From Octopus vulgaris (taxonomy: Eukaryota), in contig OX597814.1 in the NCBI GenBank assembly GCA_951406725.2, positions 23,746,001-23,810,000 on the forward strand: DNA of 64,000 nucleotides, written 5' to 3'. Under the pieces are notes generated by a model. The model was not told the origin of the DNA. It made no database searches and was given only the letters and a program-made list of their open reading frames with translations. The position numbers were made by a program, and so were the translations under genes. Positions 24,193 to 38,945 of the stretch are shown here, in pieces (the stretch's first letter is position 1; every line of letters starts with the position of its first letter).

Positions 24193-25900
24193 ATATATGC
24201 ATATATATGAACTAAAATTTTGATTCTGAGATACAGTCTGATATATATCTTATTCTTTGTGTTGAAATTTTCTATGTTAATGCCTTGTTATATCTAATTT
24301 CTCTAATTTAATTATAATGTTTTCATTACAAAATTAAAACTATCACTTGTTAAATATACAACAATTATATACACATAGTTATGAAGAAAGACTATTGATA
24401 CAAATGAAACATGAATTTAGAAAATGATTTTGATTAAGTATAGTATAAATAATTCATTTAAAATTCAGAACAAGATCTTCAGAAAAAATATTATTCATGG
24501 AAATTAAGAGGAATCTGACACGTAAAATAATACATTAGATATAAAATTTAATTAGGTATTTTTGTTCAAGATGGTTATTAAAGCAGGTAATCAAATGCTT
24601 TATTCTTATTAAACATGTGCTGTCTATTATTTAACTAGGTTTGTTTATACTACTATGGAAGCTCAGTAGCCAAAATATTAACACTAAACCACTAACAATA
24701 TCAATACTGTAGTTATCTGAAACACAGACTTACACAGAGAATTGCTTTGATAGTTCACTGTGATCCAATTTTCTGTCTAAAGTAATGCTTAGAGTGCCAT
24801 TATCATGATTTACCATCCAATATTTTTGTGCTTGCATGGGTCACACAGAATTTTTTAATGCAAATTTTCTTCAGCTTGATGCTCTTCTTGTTGCCAACCC
24901 CAGCCTGTTTCCAAGCATGGTAATATAATATTTTCCCATAGTAAGACAGGTTTTTCACAGAAGACTGGAAAAGAACAACCTTTTTTGTATAATGATATAA
25001 TGATAATGCTTATTTATAACCAACACAAGATGTCTAAACAAGGGTACATACACACACACACACACACACACACATACAGGTAGTAAGAAGGAGAGGAAGT
25101 TCTGCTAGGTTCCTTGCAGGCAAAGAACATAGGTATAAGAGGGTTGAGAGTTGAGGAGTTGACAGTTGACAGTTCTTGTTGGTGCCTTGTAGAGCTATCA
25201 GTGATAGTAAGATAGAAGAAGTTAATGCGTTACTATTCTGGTACAAAGAGATACAATGGTATCTGATAGCTAGTAACTATTGTGGCAATTAGTGTAAAGC
25301 AGCAACTACAGTACAACAGCAGTCACACATCACACTAGTAGGAGGAACCCATTTTACAACAACCTCTGATACTCGAAACCACTACACTTGTCTATCAAGC
25401 TGAACTACATTACCTCTTAAACCTAGCATCACTCTACTCACTGATGTAACTGAACTCAATCTCAATCTAAACTCTGATGTGTTTTATCAACAATTTAGTG
25501 GTATAGCTACAGAAACTGAGATGGATCTGAAAAATGAACTTCTTTGCATGATATACTGAGGTTCAATCTTCATTCAATTCATTAAGTTAACTTTAGAACT
25601 ATGCAACTCCTGCATCATTGACTCTAATATTGTTACTTTATTCATCTATTAATAACTCCTATCATTTACCTCTTTCATCAACAATTTTCACTTTATGCTA
25701 GAATCCACTTCCACAATCTTGTATTACTGCATAAACGTCCTTAGCATCCTCTTGTAATCAAGAATATACAGTTTTCCACAACCTGAACAAAGGAACTTCT
25801 ACACAGTACCAGAGTCCATTCATCTCTCAAGGTTAGTAATGCAGTGTTCGATGTTCTGATAAGACATTCATGTTAAGCTGGATTACTTTTGGTATTAATA

Positions 25901-26222
25901 TGTGGAGGTGCAATGGCCCAGTGGTTAGGGCAGTGGACTCGCGGTTGGAGGATAGCGGTTTCGATTCCCAGGCCGGGCGTTGTGTGTGTTTATTGAGCGA
26001 GAACACCTAAAGGTTTCACGGCTCCGGCAAGGGGTGGTGGTGACCCCTGTTGTACTCTTTCGCTCCCAACTTTCTCTCACTCTCTCTTCCTGTTTCTTGA
26101 GTAATGCTGCGATGGACTGGCGTTCCGTCTAGCTGTGGGGAAGACATACACCACAGAAACTGGGAAACTGGACTCATGAGTCTGGCTAGGCTTGAAAAGG
26201 TCAGCGTTTATCATACGTTCTT
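25901..26222 (+). mobile_element. SINE family D with V-domain-like tail and 14-bp TSD
   Basis: TSD TTTTGGTATTAATA at 25887-25900 and 26223-26236; GCGATGGACTGGCGTTCCGTC motif. Confidence 0.9.
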
Positions 26223-27129
26223 TTTTGGTATTAATACTGTTGCCATTGCTAATAATTTATTATTCTGTATTTAGATCTGTCAGTTAAAAATCGTTTGGGA
26301 CAAATCTTTTCCCTTAGCTAAGCAGTTAACTGCACCATGCAGACAGATGTAGAAAGTTGATAAATTGCTTTACAAACAGGAAAAAACAAAAACGAAAAAA
26401 GAACTTTCTATAATCTATGCATAATAATTAAATTGATTTTTTAAAAATAATATACTAAGATTTTGTTAAAATTACATAGCTCTGAACACAGATGTTGCTT
26501 TTACAAGATTATTATCAACCACAAAACTTTTAGATTAAAATACACTTATCATGCTCTAAACTGTATCAATAACATTGTTTATTTGGCTACCAGTTAGCAA
26601 GAAATGATATGTTTTCTATAGATGCTCACAAATTGAAATATATTCTTATATACTAAACAACAGGAAAATGCTGAAGGCAATTTCATCTCTAACAAAAAGA
26701 GAATCTATCCGTTGACCTATACAAAATCATCTATTTATTGAATTTTGAGAAAAGAATTGTACATCAGTTGTTCTTCTTTCAAGCCATATAAAGATTAATT
26801 GTTATGATAGAGTAGCTTGAAAGTTAACTTAATTATAATTCAATTTAGAGGTTGAATTTCATTCAAAATTTTTTTGATTTTTTTTTTTTGCTTTTGTCTT
26901 TTTGTGGAAAATATCTTTCAAAACCAGACTTTTAGGTAAAGTGTAATCATGAGCTTGTCCTTTAAATAAAACTAAATAATGATCAAGAAATGTTTTATAA
27001 TATGTGCCCATGCACACACACAAACACACATGTACATGTATGTATATGTGCATATGTATGCATACACATACACACACATACACAGATACACAAACAGACA
27101 CACACACATACTCATACATATTTTTTAGC

Positions 27130-27370
27130 ATTTACTTGTTTCAGTCAATAGTCCCTGGTCATGCTAGGGCACTGCCTTGAAGAAGTTTAGATGAATAAAT
27201 TGACCCCAGCACAAACTATTTCTAAACATCGTACTTATCTATCAGTCTCTTTAGCCTAACTGCTATGTCATGAGGACTTAAACATACCAACAATGGTTGT
27301 CAAGTAGTGTTGGGGAGAGGAACAAAGACAAACAGTAAGACACACACTTACGCACAGACGCAGACACTTA

Positions 27371-27424
<54 letters not shown>

Positions 27425-27696
27425 TCATCATCATCATCATCGTTTAACATCTGCTTTCCATGCTATCATTGGTTGGACGAATGACTGAGGGCTGGTGAAC
27501 CAGATGGCTGCACCAGGCTTCAATCTTGATCTGGCAGAGTTTCTAAAGCTCGATGCTCTTCCTAACACCAACCACTCCGAGAGTGTAGTGGGTGCTTTTA
27601 CGTGCCACCGGCATGGGGCCAGTCAGGCGGTACTGGCAACGACTTCGCTTGAATCTTTTACACACGCCACCAGCACAGGCGTCAGTAAGGCGATGC

Positions 27697-27747
<51 letters not shown>

Positions 27748-27905
27748 ATATTATATTATATACAATGGGCTTCTTTCAGTTTCTGCCAACCAAATCCACT
27801 CACAAGATTTTGGTTGGCCCAACGCTATAGTAGAAGACACTTCCCAACCATATAGTTCATGAAACTATATGGTTGGGAAGCAAGCTTCTTACCATATGGC
27901 CATGC
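27130..27905 (-). mobile_element. Degenerate SINE family B with an RTE 3' UTR copy (27421-27699) nested in its (TA)n
   Basis: Family B tail at 27130-27360 and head at 27765-27905 flank the (CAT)n-tailed insert. Confidence 0.8.
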
Positions 27906-28064
27906 ACTAAACTTGGTTTAGTGGCATTAGGAAGGACATGCAACTGTAGAAACCTAACCAAAACAGACAATGGAACCTGATGCAGAACCTGGCCTTAACA
28001 GCTCCTGTTAAACTGTGCAACCCATAGCAGCGATGGAAATGGATGTTAGATATTGATAATGATC

Positions 28065-28485
28065 CCAGCCTAACCTTCACTGTAAACACAGCCACAACCA
28101 ATGACACTCATATAAGCAATCCTGTCATCTCCGAGAAAGTTGGTGTCACCCTGAAGAAGAGCAGCAACCAGAAAGCCCTTGATATCTGTATTATCACCAC
28201 AGAAATGTTGAAGGTGGGCAAAGATAATATGATCCAGTGGCTCACTTGCATCATCAACCATGTGTGGGTGTCAAAGCAGCTCCCAAATGACTGGACCTGG
28301 GGCATCGTCCTCCCCTTTCTGGAAGCAAAAGGGCAAAAAACTCATCTGCAGTAACCACAGATACCTGCCCTTGATCTTGTCATCGATTATCCGATGACCA
28401 AGGTCTGTGAGTGAGTTCCTGGTGCTATGTTCAGAAACTACTACCTTACTGACCTGGAGTATGCAGACAATACCACCCTATTCAA
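28065..28485 (+). mobile_element. RTE-like reverse transcriptase fragment, internally deleted
   Basis: ITTEMLKVG..IQWL..LPNDWTWGIVLP; CSNHR joined to LTDLEYADNT (degenerate YADD). Confidence 0.8.
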
Positions 28486-31400
28486 CTACACACCTGATAT
28501 GGACCAGCTACATACCTGATATGAAGCCCTAAATAGGTTAATTTTTAAGAATCACAAGGTATCATCTGTGTGACAGGTACCTTTTCCATACTGTCATACA
28601 CATTTAAAATTTCTCATGGATTAAATGTTTGTGATCATTCAAGAATGCTATTTGGTACTATATTATATTAAAAGTAAAAGGTGGATTAGAAGAAAAATTA
28701 AATGAAAGACTAATTGTATTAAATTCTGATTTTACATTTTTACTTGGACCAAAAGTGATATTCCTATGCAATTATGGAATATTGTAATCAACTACAATCC
28801 TTCAACAAAAATTGGTCTTGGATCTACTCCCAAAAAACAAATATTTAAAGTGAGTATATTCTCCTTATACTAATATATTTTATTTTTAAATTCCTAATTA
28901 GTTGCTTTCTTTAATTATTTTACCCAACATGTAATAGCAATTTTGAAAATAGTATATATTTCACTCCTATGTATGACATATACATATTTCACTCCTATTT
29001 TTAATATAAGAAGACAACTTATTATTTCTTTTAATTTTATATAGATGTCCAGATAATTTGTTTTCTTTTTTAAATTCCTATATTCTCAAAAGAGTCAATT
29101 ATGTATTTACTATCTTAACACTGTCCTGAAACCTGAGTTTTAGAGAGAATCTAGTAAGTTCTTCTATTTTAATTTCGTATTACTGAGTTGAGAAAGCTTT
29201 GGATATTTTTGTTGATTTCAAAATGTTTCTGTCTGTTCTGGGAAGAATTTCTACCATTCTCTCTAAACTTTTCTTTTCAAATATTGCTAAGTTAAGTTAA
29301 TATGATGAATGACATATATGCTCTTGATTTCTACTTACATTCATATATCGTTTAAAGAAGCCAATTAGTGTATTCCATTTTTATTCTGATATTTAAAGAT
29401 TATGGTTTCAGCTTATAAGGCATTATAGTTATTTCATTCACTTTTATTTCCTGTTGGTAAAATGATATATGAAATAAAAAAAGGGTGTGATCATATAGAT
29501 AGTATAACATTCAATTACTTGTTCTTTTGAAAGTAATATATAAAATAGAATTGTGCAACAGACAAGTCAGATTTTAAAAATGTATAAGACTGTCCTAAAA
29601 TAATTTTACACCTATTTACTAAGTTATATGATAAGATGGATGGTTCTGCAATTAGATGATTTATATTTGAATTGTTGGGTAAACAAATATACATCCTAAT
29701 ACAAATTATTAAACCATGAAGTGGTGTTGGTGGTGGTGGTGAGGAAGGAAGATTTTTTTTATTTTTCTATTAGCTTGATTGGCTAAGCAAGTAGAGTAAT
29801 GAATGCTTTGAAGGGATACAGCTCAATGGTTATTGTAAAATCTAAACATATGACAACATGGTTCGTATTCACGCATATTAATCTCATAAATATTGAACCA
29901 CACTGATAAAGAAATTTTGTTATTGGAAACGAAAATCATTCTATTTGAGTATAAAAAGAGATTTTTTTTTTTAGAAACTCATTTTTATCTTTTAAAAGCT
30001 AATGATAAATATATCTGTTAGAACATTTCATGCTTCATGTTGTAACATCAAGCATGAAATGTTTTAAGATTCTATAGAATCTTTGAGAGTTCAATTATTA
30101 GAAAAAAAATTGGAAAATGATAACAATTTTCATAGATATTATTCTCTAATATTGTAAACAGATTTAATGTACAATTCATATTCTTTAACATATTAAATTC
30201 AAGAAATCTGTTTTCTATATATCTGCTAATTAAAATAGTTGTTTATTTAACCATTGAAAGTTAGTTACTACCATTATTTGTCTGCAACTTCTTCATCAAA
30301 TGTTGAAATCAAGGAAGAACACACACACGCACAAAACACAGCAGTAACTTATAATGGTATAGGAGTTTGAGAAAGTAGATGCGATGAAGTGTTCCAATAT
30401 TCTTTTGTTTATAATTTATGAAAGAAACATTACAGTGTTTAGAAATGCATCTTGTGAAGAATAGAAACTGTTTTATGCTCTCGATTTTTTATAAAAACTT
30501 TTTTGTCACTTAAAAAAAAGTCAGATGTTGAAAATGTATTGAAAATAGCTCTTTGATTTTAAACATACAAATATGAAAGAGAGCTTATCATCAGTTAAAC
30601 CTTATGGCATCTGATATAAAAACAAGTCAAATACTTCAGAGCAACTCTTATGGCAAACAACATTTTAAATTTTGTTGAAATTTTTATATTTTCAAATTTT
30701 CAACTATGTTATTTGCAATCTATATCTTTGAAGCCAGATATACCTAACAAAAGGATTTTTTTAATGACCAAGATAAAATGAGATAGCAAATGTATAAAAT
30801 CATTCAAAAGGATAAAAAAAATTGAATAGAAAAGAAATTTCAAAAGACAATGATTATTGGAGAAAATGATTCTGAATCTATCTTATGAACATAATATCAG
30901 TAACTTATCTTCTGTTGAAAAGCTCCGAAATAATCAACAGCTTGAAGTCAATTCCCAAAAGAACACAATTACTTATTATAGTATCATTAGTTTTATGGAT
31001 TTCTTTCAGTACAACAGCCATATCTTTTTAAGTATTTAATTTCATTTTTGCATCTTTTTTCTTAAAAGAAATTTTTAAAATTCAGCTTTGGTTTCTTACA
31101 ATCCAATGCAAAAAAAAAAAATTTTTTTGAAAAATAAATTAAATGAAATTCTTATTTGATTCTTACTTTATTGTTTATCAGAAAATTGTATTTCAATCCA
31201 ATATATCTCGCTAAAAATCTTACTCCAAGAAATAATGCTAAAGAAGTTTATTTATTGCACATAGATTCCAAATGCTAGAAAACATAAACCAAAAGTTTAC
31301 TATGTCACAATGAGCGATCAAAGAATTAGATAAATATGACACTGAATGATGAATGATAATGATTCAGTGACCAGCTTGATATGATCACTAGTTCATAAAC

Positions 31401-32976
31401 ACTCCAGTTACACCTTCTTGCTTTCACATTGTCCTCTGCTCATCTGAAATAGCTAGCCACATGCATCTTACATCCAAGCCCAACTAATATTCACTCACAT
31501 TATGTCCTAACTCTCAGATGACACTGCTCATTTTGTTTATTCCTTCTTACTTAATATTCTCTCCTCATCAATGCTTTTTCTATAAACATTGGTCTACAGA
31601 TATCCAAGCTGAATATCCAATGCATGCAAACTCTTGGAATCTACCAAAACAACAATATATTTCTTTGGTACATTGAAAATAGGAAAAGTATTGGAATAAT
31701 CTACTTTATAATAAGCCAATGAAGATTTCTGAAAAGTCTAAAGTAAATCACTCATTCTAGATACATATTCTAGTTACAATCTAACATATAACAGAACCCA
31801 ATGGTAGAGGGAAACTAAAGCAATAAAGAAAGTTGGAGTGGGTGTCAGTAAGAGATGCTAAATGCAGTAAACTGTAGTGAGAAGTTTTGCATTGAAGTTA
31901 CTGGCATTTTAATTAAAAACACTATTCATTGTCAACAAATATGAGATACCAGTACTAGATGGATCCCACTGAGTAGACATATAGGCATACATGCAAAAAA
32001 TGGGTTCTCCAAATTTCAAATCTTCCCACTTCACCGGTCAATACCACGGTTCAAGCCCGAATATACAAAGAAGATATATTCATATGAAAATATAAACAAG
32101 ACTGAATAAACTTTACCAAAGTACATTCAGTGACAACTACTCACACACAAACTCCCTCTGTCACTTGCTAACAACCTGACAATTTACACAGCTAACAACC
32201 TAAACTATGGGTTCTGTCATGGCCTTTTGTCGTATGACATTACCACACAAATTTAGTGGAGAATAAAATTTTATGCCTATGTACTTACATACAAATCCTA
32301 ACCATTCAGCCTCTGGATTACACACAAATAATTCTTGTCCAATCTGTCACTTGAACGATACAATTTAGGGAGACTTGATTGTTTGGGACTGTCACTAGAC
32401 ACATTCATTCAACTGTATCAGCTTGAATTGCTGAAGCAAAAATAGTGTCACATGACATTAATGCACGAACGTAGCAGTGAACTTACAAACATTTCTAAGT
32501 ATAATTACATGAAATTTCTCAGTTAATTTAATTGTACCCTAAACAGAAGTTTGAGCCATGATCCCTCTATAAAAAAAACAAGAGAATTTTTGAACTCCAG
32601 TCAGAAGCGAGATAGTTGTAGTATACTCCACATCTTTCTGTCTCAACTTTTAAAAATCAGGAAAATCAGCAGAACCATTGTTTTAAAATAAACCATCTAA
32701 AAGACTCCCAGTGAATTTTCAATTTCTTTTATGCTCACACACACACACATATACCCGAGTATGTATATATAGCAAGAGGCTGACTCAACCAAAACAATAC
32801 ATGCATACATACTACAACACATTTATTAATATATTCTCAGATGTATTCCTTTCATGTAAACAAAAATTTTACTCATCTTTTGCCCATTATGTAAAGTGTA
32901 TGTTATTACCTAATTATGATGCACAATAAATTACATCTTAGCCATACTAGCAACATATCACTTCTACTTATACCTC

Positions 32977-32977
<1 letters not shown>

Positions 32978-33054
<77 letters not shown>
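32978..33054. repeat. (TTTC)n tetranucleotide microsatellite
   Basis: Directly visible. Confidence 0.95.
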
Positions 33055-33055
<1 letters not shown>

Positions 33056-33059
33056 ATCT

Positions 33060-33093
<34 letters not shown>

Positions 33094-33918
33094 GTCTATT
33101 TTCCTTTACTGACACCCCCAACCTCATATTTGAAATTCCTCCCCACCTCCTCCTAGCTTGTTCCTCAACCAGAATGCCTAAGCACTACCTACCCTTTGAC
33201 ATTGCAATCAACTTATCCCTCCCTTTCTCTTTCTCTCTTTCTATTTACTCTCATACGTTTCTACTTACTTCAGTATTCTCCATCTGCTACCATCTCAACC
33301 ATTATTTTTTGAATTCCTCCTTTGCTTTCCTGCCAGCATCTATAACTAGATCCCTTCCTCCATTTTAATGTCTACCCCTCCGTTCTCCCAACGTACTGAC
33401 TTCCCTTTCTCAGTTTTATTGCCTCTGTCATCTCTAATTAATAACATCGCTTGTCAAACCAAACAGCTACGCAACCCTTCACAATACAACCCATCCTACC
33501 CCTTTCCAGTAGTCTCTTGACTTACCACTTCTACCTCCCTCAATATGCAGATCACACATTCCTCCCCTTCCTGCTTTGCTTCTCTGATCTCTTCTTGCTC
33601 CCCTGCTTTAGCATTCCACTCTGCTGAACTGCTTACTCCCACCGACTCCTGTTTGTCTTCTTCACTCACTCTACCCTTAAATTTATCTTGTTTTTGATCT
33701 CAAATTTTCGATCAAAACTATTATATAATTCTAAGCCCCCACTGAAATAGCTGTCAGACTTGAAATACCATGCCCTCTTCTCTTTGTTTTCTTTTTTTTT
33801 TTTTTGTACTCCATGCAAATTTATTTGGTAAATGTATAAATATATATATGCTTATACATGAATGTTCATCTGAATATTTTTATGTTTTGTTTCTGTCTTT
33901 CTATACACACACACACAA

Positions 33919-33964
<46 letters not shown>

Positions 33965-34058
33965 TTATACATATATATATATTTACATGTATATATGTAT
34001 ATGTGTATGTTTTATATATCAAGTCCAAGCATTATTTATTTGTTTATTTTTATCATTA

Positions 34059-34109
<51 letters not shown>

Positions 34110-34112
34110 CAA

Positions 34113-34352
34113 TGTGAAGGTGCATGGCTTAGTGGTTAAGGTGTTCCACCCATGATTACAAGATCATGGGTTCGATTCCCAGACCAGGCATTGCGCTGTG
34201 TTCTTGAGCAAAGCACTTCCTTTCATGTTGCTCTGCAATCATTTTGACATCTGACATGTGGCACCCATTGCACCTGTACAGGTAATGTTGGTCTGATGGA
34301 GGGAGTAAGCTTATGCCTACACAAACATTTGATCACTATAAACAAATCATCT
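34113..34352 (+). mobile_element. CORE-like tRNA SINE (family C-type head, different tail) abutted by a family B copy
   Basis: GTGAAGGTGCATGGCTTAGTGG, GGTTCGATTCCC, GTGTTCTTGAGCAAAGCACTT. Confidence 0.78.
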
Positions 34353-34354
34353 AT

Positions 34355-34723
34355 ACTCTTTTTACTCTTTTACTTGTTTCAGTCATTTGACTGCGGCCAT
34401 GCTGGAGCACCACCTTTTAGTACTTATTCTATCAATCTCTTTTTGCTGAACCGCTAAGTGACGGGGACCTAAACACACCAGCATCGGTTGTCAAGCAATG
34501 CTAGGGGGACAAACACAGACACACAAACACACACACATATACATATATATACATATATACAACAGGCTTCTTTCAGTTTCCGTCTACCAAATCCACTCAC
34601 AAGGCATTGGTCGGCCCAGGGCTATAGCAGAAGACACTTGCCCAAGATGCCACGCAGTGGGACTGAACCCACAACCGTGTGGTTGGTTAGCAAGCTACTT
34701 ACCACACAGCCACTCCTGCGCCT
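34355..34723 (-). mobile_element. SINE family B
   Basis: Collinear with the other family B copies, small internal deletion. Confidence 0.9.
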
Positions 34724-35804
34724 ATGTGGTTTTTCAGTAAGAAATTGTCAAACCCTCATACGTCATTTAACAATTATTTGTAAAATTACAAGATCCAGTT
34801 TACTTGTGGATATATTTTGAAACTATTTCTGTACCCAGACAGTTTCTCTCCTGTTCATGTTTCACAACGTTCTTTTGCAGACTGAGATCTTTATTGTGAG
34901 AGAAAAATTTACTTTTAAAAATAGTCTTCTTTAGAAGTACAGATGGGTTATATGTATTATGTATTTGTGAGTATACATACATACATACAAATACACACAC
35001 ACAAATACATACATACAAACATGTACACACATACATATATGTATATATGTGTGCTGTATGCAAACATTTTCTCATTGAATCTATAAGCAATCACAATGCA
35101 ACTGAATTCTTTCAAATTAAGCTATGAAGCATCAAAGACTGTATCATATTTCTTGATAAGCACTTTTAACTTTCTGCTTTTAGCATTATGATTGATTCAG
35201 CAGTTGTTAACTTGAAAATTTGAAGATCAATATTTCTCTCTAAGAATACATTGTAGCTCATTATTGCTAAGTAATCAAGTTAAAGACAATTTAGATAAAG
35301 CCAAATATATTCCCTCTACAGGTTTTCTCCTGCATTGTCCATAATGATTTAGATGTGATGAATCTTTAAGTTAAGTATTTTGTACATATTCACACAAAAT
35401 ATTTTCTTTAAATAAATGTTCCTGTTAGGATTATTAAATCACTTGTGAATTTTTTCCATCTAAAGTTTTAATAAGTGAAAAGGCAAGGCCATGCTATCCT
35501 CAGAGAAATAATAATGCCAAATATACAAAAAAGGATTTGGTAGCAATTTAAAATAGTGTATGTAATGTAAGCTATGAATGCATTTGAGCTATAATAGAAT
35601 CACAAGCAGGTTGGCAGAAAGAGTTAACTTTGTATGTGTTACAGGAGTGATTAAAATAAAAGTGTACTTATGAAATAAATTCTTTCGAATACCTGAACGC
35701 TCACTAGATGCTTTTGGGTATTTGGGCTAAATTTGACAGTTTACACAAAAGGAAAAGAATAAAACAATATTCCATTCCTAAATAAATGTTTTTAAAAAAA
35801 TCGG

Positions 35805-36190
35805 TTCCAAGAGCACCATCCGAGCGTGATCGTTGCCAGAGCAGCCAACTGGCTTCTGTACCTGTGACACGTAAAAGGGCACCATTCGAGCATGATCGTT
35901 ACCAACGTCACTTCACTGGCACCTGTGCTGTTGGCACATGTAAAAAGATTAGAGTGAGGTCATTGCCAGTACCGCCTGACTGGCCCCCGTGCAGGTGGCA
36001 TGTAAAAAGCACCCACTACACTCTCAGCGTGGTTGGCATTAAGAAGGGCATCCAGCTGTAGAAACTCTGCCAGATCAAGATTGGAGCCTGGTGCAGCCAT
36101 CTGGTTCGCCAGCCCTTAGTCAAAATCGTCCAACCCATGCTAGCATGGAAAGCGGACGTTAAACGATGATGATGATGATGATGATGATGA
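35805..36190 (+). mobile_element. RTE 3' UTR copy with three tandem units and (GAT)n tail
   Basis: Repeated GTAAAA(A)GCACC units, ends GCGGACGTTAAACGATGATGAT. Confidence 0.88.
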
Positions 36191-36194
36191 TTGA

Positions 36195-36405
36195 GGCTGG
36201 AAGATAACAGTTTTCTAAAAGTAGTTGCCCTCAGGTTCCACCACAGCCTAGGGACAGCTCTGGAACTTAGTGCATGCATTGTTCACTGTGTTGCAGGGAA
36301 GATCTTCAATCACCTCCTTGGTCTTGGCCACGAATTTGGCCTTGATGTTGTAGGCAGAGTAGTTAGTGTCTTCCCCAGCCACAGCCCACACATAGTAGCC
36401 CATGA
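36195..36405 (-). mobile_element. Tc1/mariner-superfamily (maT/DD37D-like) transposase C-terminal fragment
   Basis: YYVWAVAGEDTN..VNNACTKFQSCP*AVVEPEGNYF resembles the DY.VW...AC.RFR.RLEAVV...G..F end of these transposases. Confidence 0.6.
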
Positions 36406-37029
36406 GATATTGAATAATATGTATGTCTGAAATGCAATACTGCATGGTAGTGAGCCATGCGTTTTAGATAAGAGGCTTTGTGACAGTTAAAGAAGAACAT
36501 TAGCATGTCTTGGTTCTCAGTCAAAGTAAGTTTTATTCAATACTCTAAACTATAATTAGACCTAATCAGTTTTGTGCATATTTTTTATTGAACATAAAAT
36601 AAATGTGGTACTGAATTGTTAATTCTTTTCTTAATGAAAGTGATTTATGAATAAGCAGTTGTTAGTAGCAATCAACGTCAGCTCACAGCCTTGATTGAAA
36701 AACTTATTACAATATAACTGGGCTGTCAATCAAAATTATATTTGTCCTAGAGAACTAAATAAATACTTACAATATGGAAACTTATTAAAAATTTGAATGA
36801 CCAAAAACAGCATAAATCAAGAAACTTTAAGCTCATAAATAGAGAATAATAAAAAAAAAACATGTATAATTGAAACTAGATTTTATATTTATTGATGGAT
36901 GAATGAGTATTATGCTTAATATTTTTAATAGAATACTTTTGTGCAGATATCTAAAACCAGCGTTGATTGAATAAGAAAAGTGTAGTGTAAATGTACAGCT
37001 CCTTTGTAAATGTCACAGTGTAATTACCA

Positions 37030-37365
37030 GTAAAGGGTAAAGACCCCCTTCGGTCATGAATGACCATGGGATTGCACCTAGAAAGTTATCCTCCTAGACA
37101 CAAGTCCGGGCAAGGTTGTTTATGGAAGGCCAGCAGTCGCCCATGCATACCAGCCTCCCCTCTCCACGCCACCAGTGTTATCCAAGGGAAAGACAAAGGT
37201 CGATACAGCTTGGCACCAGTGACGTCGCAGCTCATTTCTACAGCTGAGTGAACTGGAGCAACGTGAAATAAAGTGCTTTGCTCAAGAACACAACACGCAG
37301 CCCGGTCCGGGATTCGAGCTCACAACCTCACGATCGTAAGCTCGACGCTCTAACCACTGAGCCAT
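37030..37365 (-). mobile_element. SINE family C, CpG-rich copy
   Basis: Minus head TGGCTCAGTGGTTAGAGCGTCGAGC..GCTCGAATCCC; collinear with 4170-4508. Confidence 0.9.
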
Positions 37366-38850
37366 TAAACAATAGATTTTGTGACAATATCTGCTCTCTC
37401 ACTAAAACTTTATATTTCTCTTAAGTAAGTGACTAATCCTTGAGATGTGTATTTACAAATGGGTTTTATTGTTTTAATTAAGTTTTTCGTTGTTGTAGCA
37501 GATTCAATTGGCAAATCCTTTCCTTGTTGTTACTGACACAAAGTAACGATCTTTGTTTAATTCATTAAGGCAATTAAGATATCAAGCAAAAGGGTCTGCA
37601 ATAAAACCAGCTATAACATCAAAATGTAGGACCAAAAGAAAACAATTGATCCGTATACACACATATCATGGATTCAAAATGATTACTCACTGATTGTGCA
37701 AATGTATAAAAATGTTAACAAAAGAACAGCCATGCAGAGAGCTTACATTACTGTGGTAAATCACAATGGCGTGTTAACAAAAAAAATCACTTTGCATTAG
37801 ATTTTACTTTGATTTTATCAGCTGCAAAGCAGTCTTTAAAAACTGTAAGCATTCTTATTCACATACGCAACATCACATACCTCCCGCTCATTATATGATT
37901 TGGTAGAATCAGTCAACTCTATTTTCAGATATGCAATAAATATTTGTGTAAAGAAAATGTACTACAGCTGCCCTACCTGCTTAAAGGACTAGGGACAAGA
38001 ATTCATAATAAAGTTCTAAACATTTTAAAGAATTTCTCAATAAATTGCCATTACTTTTAATCATTCATAAAAGCAATGATCAAAACATATAGCCTTCCCA
38101 AAGGTCTCAGCAACCATGATATACAGTAATACTCATATGGCACCATCTAATAACATACAAGACAGACTATGTTAGTAAACTGCAAAATTAAAACTCTGTG
38201 AAACTAGATTGTAATTCTTTAATTCAATTCCATAATGCTTGGTTAACAGCCACCAAGTTTTTTTTTCCTTCATTACTCTTAGTAAAACAAATGCAACATT
38301 CAAAGAGAAACTAATGGAAAATATAACTGAATTATGTCTAAGAATACAAAAGCAAGAAATGAAAATAAAGAGTGAAAAGGGTTCAGATTGCATAGTTCAG
38401 TAGGAAGGATATGAAACTTTTATAAGCAAATGACATTATATGAAGGTTACAGGTTTAGTCATATGCAGATTGAAAGCACATAAGTAAGAAAAACTATATG
38501 CAATTGCTTGAACAGCAACACATAACAGTCTTAGAATTTTAGGGCAACAGTCAGGTGGAAATGGTAGATCACTAGTTTGAATGTTCTTTGGTATGTTTGG
38601 GTTTACTCAGTTGAAGTTTCCAGCAGTTACTTAACACAAATAACAGAGAAAATAAAAAGACATTTGACATTACAGCAATTTCAGATGGTATGCGAAAGAT
38701 ATGGACATTACCATCTTTCTAATGAAGAACTGTTTTATAAAATATGATAATGTTCTTGATTGGTTTGAACTATAAAGTTTTACGTTAGTTAAAGAACTAA
38801 AAATATTTGTTAATCTGAACTACCTATTGGCTATAGATTTATTTTTGCAG

Positions 38851-38945
38851 GGTACACAAACTGATGAAATTGAGGGGGTCAATGCCCAACTAGAATGCCA
38901 ACAATTCAATGTCTGTGGGAAAAATTCATGTGTAGAGAGGGTGCT
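38851..38945 (+). mobile_element. Possible Merlin/ISXO2-like transposase C-terminal remnant
   Basis: GTQTDEIEGVNAQL, then in another frame LWEKFMCRE, resembling G.HT..IEG.W..LK / L.EF.WR; short and degenerate. Confidence 0.3.

Noticed and set aside
37860-37990. piggyBac-like Cys-rich C-terminus (ICNKYLCKEN..CPTC)
   Set aside because: Needs a frameshift, and no adjoining transposase or TTAA/TIR was recognised
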